Positions 12,518-23,400 of a DNA stretch of 64,000 nucleotides are shown here, piece after piece (position 1 is the first letter of the stretch; each line of letters starts with the position of its first letter). Source of the stretch: Eledone cirrhosa (lineage: Eukaryota); NCBI GenBank assembly GCA_964016885.1, contig OZ024745.1:6882001-6946000 (forward strand), given 5' to 3'. Below the pieces are notes generated by a model. That model ran no database searches, was not told where the DNA came from, and was given only the letters and a program-made list of their open reading frames with translations. The position numbers and the translations under genes are program-made.

Positions 12518-13110
12518 CCTGTCAACTCCACTAGAACCCCTAGAAGGAATAGGCCTAGAAATATCACGTGGCTTAACCCCCCCATTCTCATCTAATTTAG
12601 CCACTAATATCCCTAAACGCTTCTTCTCTACCCTATCTAACCCCCCCCCCAACCATAGATATTACAAACTCTTTAAAAAAAACATTAAAATCTCATTCTC
12701 CACAACACCTAACCTAGCTAGCCACTAAGCATTCAGTAACCATTATAAATTAAGACAGTATAACTCCCACACCGCGGTACCCCCCCCCCCCCCTCAAATA
12801 CAACACGCCACTACACCAATACTTACTCTAGTAACACACCTCCCCCCATCTAATCCTTCTAGCACTGACCAACCACTTAGGTTAAACAACCCTACTCTCA
12901 CTAACCGCAGAAGTAACTGCAACTGCCGTTACCCTAATGCATGCCCACTAAATGGACATTGCCTGACACCCAATATAGTTTATAGGTGCACAGTTAAAAC
13001 AGCTTCGCATACCAGCTCCTATATTGGCTCTACCTCTAACCCTTTTAAGGTACTCTATAACGCGCACTCTTTTTCCTTCCGAGACCCTAGAAAAAAAAAA
13101 ACTACCAAAA
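12496..13110 (+). mobile_element. Decayed Penelope-like retroelement (Hydra-clade-like): post-RT thumb/linker plus partial GIY-YIG endonuclease
   Basis: Hand translation of 12542-12726 gives RRNRPRNITWLNP/PFSSNLATNIPKRFFSTLSNPPPNHRYYKLFKKNIKISFSTTPNLASH* (+1 frameshift in the C-run at about 12581), similar to the PLE motif RNIIWFNPPFS...K(V/I)SYSC.PN. Translation of 12918-13091 gives CNCRYPNACPLNGHCLTPNIVYRCTVKTASHTSSYIGSTSNPFKVLYNAHSFSFRDPR, i.e. CxCx5C, IVY...YIG and FKxxY..H. The expected catalytic Arg is Leu (CTC). Truncated at both ends. Confidence 0.88.
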
Positions 13111-13242
13111 AAACAAACAAAAAATCTCTGTTGTTCCCGGTCTCTGAACTGCCGTTTTCTTCCGCAATTTCCCATCCTGCCTGGGGAAAGTGCCCTGTAA
13201 GGTGGAGTGATCGATGCAGCGGGTGTCGCTGGATGTTCTCAG

Positions 13243-13300
13243 AAATGACCTTGCTATTTCGCCCGCGTGCTTATATTAGGGTCTACAGTCTGCCGCCCCC
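13243..13300 (-). promoter_or_regulatory. Candidate core promoter: GC box, TATA-like box and Inr-like motif
   Basis: Minus strand: GGGGGCGGC (13300-13292), TATAAG (13275-13270) and TCATTT (13248-13243), with the Inr A 29 nt after the first T of TATA. Lies in a small CpG-containing patch. Confidence 0.3.
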
Positions 13301-13799
13301 TCCCCACTTCCCCATCACTGTTTATTTCTCTTCTTCTGTTTTTCCATTGTAAACATCACATAATCCAATTGCAATTAACTAAAATCTGGAAAAGGTAAAC
13401 AAGAAATACAAAACCAGACAAGAACTGAAGACTGCGAAACCAAGGAAACCTTTTCTACAGCTCAATTATTTTGATAGAATAATTACTATAGAAATAAACC
13501 TTTAAAATATGTAGCTTGGGTTGTCTGTAGATAAACACTAATACATTTAGCTAATATTCTACAGATTATCATTCCAAGTAAAAGACATAGAGAACTATTA
13601 GCCATAGACTAATATTTCTAAAGCAATATAAAACATTAACTAAATTAGTAAGAACTCAATTAAAGTCCCAATAACAAAGGATAAAAGAAGGAAAAAGCAA
13701 ATAAACAACAACAAACAAACGAAAAAAACATAGACACACAACAAAATTTCTAACTTAATGGATAATAGACACATCAACAGCGACAACAGAAAAAGATGA

Positions 13800-14500
13800 A
13801 CATCCGCAAGCTAAAGAAAAATCAGATTCAGACGACTAGAAATCGTAACAAGCTCATAATAAACGGCTTCTAAAATCTTAGAGAAGAGATTATAAAATAA
13901 ACAAACAAAGGTGAACAAATAAATTAATAAATATTGAAGGTAGAAGACATAAAAATAATGTAGCACTCATAAATGAGAATAGAAAATGTAAAAAGGTAAG
14001 CAAAAAATAGTTTTGCCAGTAAATGTGGTTCAGTAGTGAAAGAGAGAAGTGTATTTAACCCGTGTAAAGCATACGTTCTATGTGGTAGCTAATTTATGTT
14101 AAACACGAACGACTTCAAAAGAAAACATTTGATAGCAACAAAAACAACCGACCACATTAAATAAGAAAAATACACAAGTAGAGGAATGAAAACATCAAAG
14201 ATAAAATCAATATTAATAGAAGTCCAAAATCCAACACTTCCAAATAAAACTGAAGAGGATGAAAAGGATATATATGAAACAAAAAAATCCTAACATTAAA
14301 ATACAAGATAGCGGGAAATATATAAAGTTGTATCGGGAATAGGGAGAAGCTAAATAATATAGAAATATATAGGAATAGTTTATGTTAGAAAAGAAAATGA
14401 GAAAGGATAGGACAAATGTGATAGAAATGGAGCTATAAGAAAGAAACTCGATTGATCAAAGAAAACTGGATGACAATGTCTTTACAAAAACCTTTGCCAC
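13800..14500 (+). mobile_element. Possible very old LINE (RTE-like APE endonuclease) relic
   Basis: Strongly A-rich + strand. Fragments IKSILIEVQNPTLPNKTEEDEKDIYET (14201-14281), RHKNNVALI (about 13945) and ENEKG (about 14394) weakly echo APE motifs IQVYAPT...EE..EFYE, H..GVALI and RNERG. Many stops. Confidence 0.25.
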
Positions 14501-14584
14501 TTCTCTTAGCAGACGACTAACCAGAAGAGTTAATACTTGCTTATCTTAGAAGAACTTTCCTACAGTTTCCTGTTTGGACAACAT

Positions 14585-14777
14585 CCTTTCTTCACTTCTC
14601 CTTCATCTCACCACCTTTCTTTCACTCTCTCTTCCCATCTTCTCATCTGCTTTTCTCTCTACTTACCATTTCTCATCCTCCTTTCTTTTCCCTCTCTTTC
14701 TACCCTTTCTTTCTACCCCCATCACCTCTATCTCCTCTTCTCTCTCTCTGTCTCTCACACACACACTCACACACACA

Positions 14778-14837
<60 letters not shown>

Positions 14838-14838
14838 C
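14585..14838. repeat. Polypyrimidine tract followed by a compound (CA)n-(CT)n-(ATCT)n microsatellite
   Basis: C/T-rich at 14585-14755, (CA)n at about 14756-14780, (CT)n at about 14780-14819 and (ATCT)n to about 14838. Confidence 0.93.
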
Positions 14839-15271
14839 CTACACCTTATCTGTGAGTCCCTCTCACACTAACTACAAGGAGCTCCAATTCTGTTATATAG
14901 TCCGTAGTCCTGAAGAAAAGGATGAAGCCAGCCTAGTCTCTGGGAAAGTATTTGTTATAATGCTTTGTTAACATCGTTCTGTGTATGAAAGAATATTTTT
15001 GATAGACAACAACAACATCAACAACAACACACACTCACACACACGTCATAACTGATCATTACATATTTGCCGACCATCAGACATTGAAGTAGGAGTAAAA
15101 GAAAACTGAGAAGAAAGAAACCACATCGAACCTTCCAGACCAATTGTTTTTTATGAAATATAATAATAAACTTACATTTCCTAATGTTAGCTATTAAAAA
15201 CCTGTTGTAGTACATGTGAGAAAGTGACGTCCGAACGAGTATCTTCCACTGCCAACTAACTTACACTTCAC

Positions 15272-15328
15272 CTCTGGGTCCCAGCCAACAGGATGGAGAA
15301 GACATTGGAGGATGGCGAGGATGATACC
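15272..15328 (-). other. Candidate isolated 57-bp phase 0/0 exon encoding GIILAILQCLLHPVGWDPE (membrane-protein-like)
   Basis: Minus strand ttccAG|GGTATC...CCAGAG|GTgaag, with an alternative donor GTAAGT 7 nt further on. The peptide resembles class B GPCR TM7 (FQ|GxxxAxxxCFLNxE|V) and also the LHFPL YPxGWD motif. The acceptor pyrimidine tract is weak. Confidence 0.3.
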
Positions 15329-16159
15329 CTGGAACAGCCTCTGTAATAACAGCCTTCACAGACGTTTGGTTGCTACTTCAGTGTTCACTATATATACTCT
15401 TATCTTTCTCATAGAAGTAATCAAGTTTTACTTTATTTATTCAAATTATTAATTATATATAATAAATAATTTAAAAAAAATTATCGCTCTACATGGCTGA
15501 ATACAGTAAATGTAATCTGAGTTTTTCGAATATTAATGCAAACAGCCTCTTTTAAAGCCATGTCAGTAGAATTAACCACTTGCTCTTCCTCGGATTCCGT
15601 TTATGGAGGAGCTTGGCTGCACGGGGTCAGAGGAGGCTTGAGGTCTCGCCAGTAACCAGTGAAAAGAGGAAGCGGCTAGACAAGCCCCGTGCTTGTCTTC
15701 CTGTCCTCTGTGGGTAGTGGTACCTGGGTTTGTGGCAGAAGCGACTAAGTTGGGGGCGGAAGACGTGACTTTGGGGGTAAAATACCTCTGTAGGTTGTCA
15801 TAAGATATTTTAGCCCTAATTCAATAGTTTCTTTCTTTTAAGTTTTCTATATTCGTATTCTTTTTATTCGAAATATTTTTTACAAGTTTCATAAATTTAT
15901 TTTCTGTCATCAATCCACTGAAATTCAGGATTTCGATCAGAAACATCGATCAGTGTGACAATGTTACGTATTCTAATAATTGTCAAACCACCCGGAATTT
16001 CTATGTTATAAAATCGTAGAATGATTATATATATATATGTGTGAGAGAGAGAGAGATGTGTCGGAAAACAGTTAAAATTCACTCGTACTTATTTTAAATC
16101 GAGTTTTCTAATTATTCTTTTATAAATAATATCTGTATTATTTGATATTTAGTCGTTAA

Positions 16160-17100
16160 AGAGTGTTTCCAGTGAACCAACCTATTCTTCACTTCAAAGA
16201 AGAATGTGACATGTGTTTCTCTTTCGGTGTTTGAAAGTTTGCATACAGTCAGCTGAGATAATTCCAAATACAGCTTCCAGGATATTGTCGAAGGTGCTGA
16301 TGAGTGAGTGTAAAAGGCTAGTATCCGGTGTGTGAGAATTTGCTATATTAGTGCGAAGAATGTAGACAAACAGACAGATACATAATCTCTCGCCCAGGAA
16401 CATTGCAAGACTCTACTCAATACTCAAACAAATTTGTTTTTAAATGAACCACTAATCCACTGAGAAGGATGTACATGGGTACTTGAGATCATAGAGGGGA
16501 TCAGCCACACTTATAGCCTACACGGAGTTCCGACAAGTTCATAACATCCCACCTTGAAAGATATCTCCATGCAATCTAGAAATAAGAAATCCTCACCAAC
16601 TGCACAAAATAGGAAGGTCATCTGTTGACAATAAATGTAAACTGTAGGAAGACTGAGATGTTAGACACATTATTGCTAACTGTAAAGAATGTCTTCTCGT
16701 TACTACTTCCCCGTGGGGCTGTGATAGCTAGAACGATCTGGAATACACTACGGAAGACCAAAATCAAATTGAGAAGAATATCTTGAGACTGATGGTTCAC
16801 AGAAATACTGGTGGAACCTAAAAATACACAACTGCCCGATATTGTTGTTTGAGCCTACACATTAAGAATATGCTCTGTTGTAGAAGTCAGCTGCCCATTT
16901 GATGTCAATGCCAGAGAAAGAGGATATTTACAGATCATTGATGAGGAAGGAGATCCACATTACAAGATATACATTCAGCTTTATACTCGGCTGTGTAGCT
17001 GACTTTATATAAGCTATAACAGTGATGGCTGAGAAGTCAGAATTTTCAGTACTTTAGAAATGTTGGAACTATAGACCAGTTAGTTGACAGAGTTAAAGAT
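16160..17100 (+). mobile_element. Decayed non-LTR retrotransposon of the restriction-like-endonuclease type (R4/Dong-like), C-terminal region
   Basis: Hand translation gives motifs in the correct order: VHGYL (about 16471); ITSHLERYLHAI*K*EILT (16541; cf. EGxLxAIQEQEIxT); DNKCKL*...DVRHIIANCK (16627; CCHC zinc knuckle); MSSRYYFP/AVIARTIW; YWWNLKI-HN/PDIVV*AYTLRICSVVEVSCPFDVN (16807-16909; PD-D/E nuclease core); EKEDIYRSLMR (16914). Multiple stops and frameshifts. Outer boundaries are approximate. Confidence 0.85.
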
Positions 17101-17410
17101 CATGGGACACTATTTGCATGTCGAAGGTTGAAAATATAAAATTAAAATGTTCTAAGATTAAAATTAAATTAGAATTTGGTTTTTCGCTCCAACACAGAGG
17201 ATACGTAAATGTATTCGTGAGTTTTATATCAATAATAACAATATTCTATTAGTTTAAAAGCCAACCTGGTTATGTTATGTTTTAGATGACCATCGACAGC
17301 CGATTCTTCTAGAAGTGACACAGAGAAGCAATCAACAATATTGTTTCTCTGTTATTTCCCTTTCTTAATATTTTATATCTCTTTCCAGTCACTCCCTAGA
17401 ACTCTTGAGA

Positions 17411-20400
17411 GTATATAGTATTGTATAGTATATATAGTATTGTATAGTATATATAGTATTGTATAGTATATATAGTAATGTATAGTATATATAGTATTGT
17501 ATAGTATATATAGTATTGTATATAGTATATATAGTATTGTATATAGTATATATAGTATTGTATATAGTATATATAGTATTGTATATAGTATATATAGTAT
17601 TGTATATAGTATATATAGTATTGTATAGTATATATAGTATTGTATAGTATATATAGTATTGTATATAGTATATATAGTATTGTATAGTATATATAGTATT
17701 GTATATAGTATATATAGTATTGTATAGTATATATAGTATTGTATATAGTATATATAGTATTGTATAGTATATATAGTATTGTATATAGTATATATAGTAT
17801 TGTATAGTATATATAGTATTGTATATAGTATATATAGTATTGTATAGTATATATAGTATTGTATATAGTATATATAGTATTGTATATAGTATATATAGTA
17901 TTGTATAGTATATATAGTATTGTATAGTATATATAGTATTGTATAGTATATATAGTAATGTATATAGTATATATAGTAATGTATAGTATATATAATATTG
18001 TATATAGTATATATAGTAATGTATAGTATATATAATATTGTATATAGTATATATAGTAATGTATAGTATATATAATATTGTATATAGTATATATAGTGTT
18101 GTAAAGTATATATAGTATTGTATATAGTATATATAGTATTGTATAGTATATATAGTATTGTATATAGTATATATAGTATTGTATAGTATAAATAGTATTG
18201 TATATAGTGTTGTATAGTATATATAGTGTTGTATAGTATATATAGTGTTGTATAGTATATATAGTATTGTATAGTATATATAGTATTGTATAGTATATAT
18301 AGTATTGTATAGTATATATAGTATTGTATATAGTATATGTAGTATTGTATAGTATATATAGTATTGGATATAGTATATATAGTAATGTATAGTATATATA
18401 GTATTGTATAGTATATATAGTATTGTATATAGTATTGTATAGTATATATAGTATTGTATAGTATATATAGTATTGTATATAGTATATATAGTATTGTATA
18501 TAGTATATATAGTATTGTATAGTATATATAGTATTGTATAGTATATATAGTATTGTATAGTATATATAGTATTGTATATAGTATATATAGTATTGTATAG
18601 TATATATAGTATATATAGTATTGTATATAGTATATATAGTATTGTATATAGTATATATAGTATTGTATATAGTATATATAGTATTGTATAGTATATATAT
18701 AGTATTGTATAGTATATATATAGTATTGTATAGTATATATAGTATTGTATAGTATATATAGTATCGTATAGTATATATAGTATTGTATAGTATATATAGT
18801 ATTGTATAGTATATATAGTATTGTATAGTATATATAGTATTGTATATAGTATATATAGTATTGTATATAGTATATATAGTATTGTATAGTATATATAGTA
18901 TTGTATAGTATATATAGTATTGTATATAATATATATAGTATTGTATATAATATATATAGTATTTTATAGTATATATAGTATTGTCTATTGTATATATAAT
19001 ATTGTATATTATTGTATAGAATATAGTATATATAGTATTGTATATTATTGTATAGAATATAGTATTGTATAGTATATATAGTATTGTATAGTATATATAG
19101 TATTGTATATGGTATATATAGTATTGCATAGTATATATAGTATTGCATAGTATATATAGGATTGTATAGTAGATATAGTATTGTATATAGTATATATAGT
19201 ATTGTATTGTATATATAGTATAGTATATATAGTATTGTATAGTATATATAGTATTGTATAGTATATATAGTATTGTATATAGTATATATAGTATTGCATA
19301 GTATATATAGTATTTATATAGCATATATAGTATTGCATAGTATATATAGTATTGTATAGTATATATAGGATTGTATAGTATATATAGTATCGTATATAGT
19401 ATATATAGTATTGAATAGTATATATAGTATTGTATATAGTATATATAGTATTGTATATAGTATATATAGTATTGTATATAGTATATATAGTATTGTATAG
19501 TATATATAGAATTGTATATAGTATATATAGTATTGTATAGTATATATAGTATTTTATAGTATATATAGTATTTTATAGTATATATAGTATTGTATAGTAT
19601 ATATAATATTGTATAGTATATATAGTATTGTATAGTATATATAGTATTGTATAGTATATATAGTATTGTATAGTATATATAGTATTGTATATAGTATATA
19701 TAGTATTGTATAGTATATATAGTATTGTATAGTAAATATAGAATTGTATATAGTATATGTAGTATTGTATATAGTATATATAGTATTGTATAGTATATAT
19801 AGTATTGTATAGTATATATAGTATTGTATATAGTATAGACTATAGTATATATAGTATTGCATAGTATATATACTATTGTATAGTATATATAGGATTGTAT
19901 AGTATATATAGGATTGTATAGAGTATATATAGTATTGTATATAGTATATATAGTATTGTATATAGTATTGTATATAGTATATATAGTATTGTATATAGTA
20001 TATATAGTATTGTATAGTATATATAGTATTGTATATAGTATATATAGTATTGTATATAGTATATATAGTATTGTATATAGTATATATAGTATTGTATAGT
20101 ATATATAGTATTGTATAGAATATATAGTATTGTATACAGTATATGAAGTATTGCATAGTATATATAGTATTGTATAGTATATATAGTAGTGTATAGTATA
20201 TATAGTAGTGTATAGTATATATAGTAGTGTATAGTATATATAGTAGTGTATAGTATATATAGTAGTGTATAGTATATATAGTAGTGTATAGTATATATAG
20301 TATTGTATATAGTATATATAGTATTGTATATAGTATATATAGTATTGTATATAGTATATATAGTATTGTATATAGTATATATAGTATTGTATATAGTATA

Positions 20401-23400
20401 TATAGTATTGTATATAGTATATATAGTATTGTATAGTATATATAGTATTGTATAATATATATAGTATTGTATAGTATATATAGTATTGTATAGTATATAT
20501 AGTATATATAGTATATATAGTATATATAGTATTGTATAGTATATATAGTATATATAGTATATATAGTATATATAGTATTGTATAGTGTATATAGTATTGT
20601 ATATACTATATACAGTATTGCATAGTATATATAGTATTGTATAGTGTATATAGTATTGGATAGTATATATCGTATTGGATAGTATATATAGTATTGGATA
20701 GTATATATAGGATTGTATAGTATATATAGTATTGTATAGTATATATAGTATTGTATAGTATATATAGTATTGTATAGTATATATAGTATTGTATATAGTA
20801 TATATAGTTTTGTATAGTATATAGTATTGCATAGTATATAGAGCAGATATAGTATTGTATAGTATATATAGTATTGTATATAGTATATATATATAGTATT
20901 GTATAGTATATATAGTAATGTATAGTATATATAGTATTGTATATAGTATATATAGTATTGTAATATATATATAGTATTGTAATATATATATAAGATTGTA
21001 TAGTATATATAGTATTGTATAGTATATATAGAATTGTGTATAGTATATATAGTATTGTATAATATATATAGTATTGTATAGTATATATAGTATTGTATAT
21101 AGTATATATAGTATTGTATATAGTATATATAGTATTGTATAGTATATATAGTATTGTATGTAATATATATAGTATTGTATAGGATATATAGTAATGTGTA
21201 TAGTATATATAGTAATGTATATAGTATATATAGTATTGTATATAGTATATATAGTATTGTATATAGTATATATAGTATTGTATAGTATATATAGTATTGT
21301 ATATAATATATATAGTATTGTATATAATATATATAGTATTTTATAGTATATATAGTATTGTCTATTGTATATATAATATTGTATATTATTGTATAGAATA
21401 TAGTATATATAGTATTGTATATTATTGTATAGAATATAGTATTGTATAGTATATATAGTATTGTATAGTATATATAGTATTGTATAGTATATATAGTATT
21501 GTATATGGTATATATAGTATTGCATAGTATATATAGGATTGCATAGTAGATATAGTATTGTATATAGTATATATAGTATTGTATATAGTATATATAGTAT
21601 TGTATATAGTATATATAGTATTGTATATAGTATATATAGTATTGCATAGTATATATAGTATTGTATATAGTATAAATAGTATTGCATAGTATATATAGCA
21701 TATATAGTATTGTATAGTATATATAGTATTGTATAGTATATATAGTATTGTATAGTATATATAGTATAATATAGTATATATAGTATTGTATAGTATATAT
21801 AGTATTGTATAGTATATATAGTATTGTATATAGTATATATAGTATTGTATAGTATATATAGTATTGTATAGTAAATATAGAATTGTATATAGTATATGTA
21901 GTATTGTATATAGTATATATAGTATTGTATAGTATATATAGTATTGTATAGTATATATAGTATTGTATATAGTATAGACTATAGTATATATAGTATTGCA
22001 TAGTATATATACTATTGTATAGTATATATAGGATTGTATAGTATATATAGGATTGTATAGAGTATATATAGTATTGTATATAGTATATATAGTATTGTAT
22101 ATAGTATTGTATATAGTATATATAGTATTGTATATAGTATATATAGTATTGTATAGTATATATAGTATTGTATATAGTATATATAGTATTGTATATAGTA
22201 TATATAGTATTGTATAGTATATATAGTATTGTATAGAATATATAGTATTGTATACAGTATATGAAGTATTGCATAGTATATATAGTATTGTATAGTATAT
22301 ATAGTAGTGTATAGTATATATAGTAGTGTATAGTATATATAGTAGTGTATAGTATATATAGTAGTGTATAGTATATATAGTAGTGTATAGTATATATAGT
22401 AGTGTATAGTATATATAGTATTGTATATAGTATATATAGTATTGTATATAGTATATATAGTATTGTATATAGTATATATAGTATTGTATATAGTATATAT
22501 AGTATTGTATATAGTATATATAGTATTGTATATAGTATATATAGTATTGTATAGTATATATAGTATTGTATAATATATATAGTATTGTATAGTATATATA
22601 GTATTGTATAGTATATATAGTATATATAGTATATATAGTATTGTATAGTATATATAGTATATATAGTATATATAGTATATATAGTATTGTATAGTGTATA
22701 TAGTATTGTATATACTATATACAGTATTGCATAGTATATATAGTATTGTATAGTGTATATAGTATTGGATAGTATATATCGTATTGGATAGTATATATAG
22801 TATTGGATAGTATATATAGGATTGTATAGTATATATAGTATTGTATAGTATATATAGTATTGTATAGTATATATAGTATTGTATATAGTATATATAGTTT
22901 TGTATAGTATATAGTATTGCATAGTATATAGAGCAGATATAGTATTGTATAGTATATATAGTATTGTATATAGTATATATATATAGTATTGTATAGTATA
23001 TATAGTAATGTATAGTATATATAGTATTGTATATAGTATATATAGTATTGTAATATATATATAGTATTGTAATATATATATAAGATTGTATAGTATATAT
23101 AGTATTGTATAGTATATATAGAATTGTGTATAGTATATATAGTATTGTATAATATATATAGTATTGTATAGTATATATAGTATTGTATATAGTATATATA
23201 GTATTGTATATAGTATATATAGTATTGTATAGTATATATAGTATTGTATGTAATATATATAGTATTGTATAGGATATATAGTAATGTGTATAGTATATAT
23301 AGTAATGTATATAGTATATATAGTATTGTATATAGTATATATAGTATTGTATAGTATATATAGTATTGTATATAATATATATAGTATTGTATATAATATA

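Noticed and set aside
12437-13175. Minus-strand ORFs 12437-12652 and 12948-13175 (MGNCG..., resembling a myristoylation start)
   Set aside because: They are antisense shadows of the Penelope-like coding relic and run through a T-tract. No independent support.
13420-13450. Hammerhead ribozyme-like core CTGAAGA-CTGC-GAAAC (also CTGAAGA at 14250, CTGATGA at 16297, and minus-strand CTATGAAGGCCGGGAAAC near 12373-12390)
   Set aside because: No pairing stem II, stem III or NUH cleavage triplet could be built by eye. The 12373-12390 motif lacks the CUGANGA core.
14537-14971. Hydrophobic Leu/Ser/Phe-rich ORFs
   Set aside because: These are translations of the polypyrimidine and (CT)n tract.
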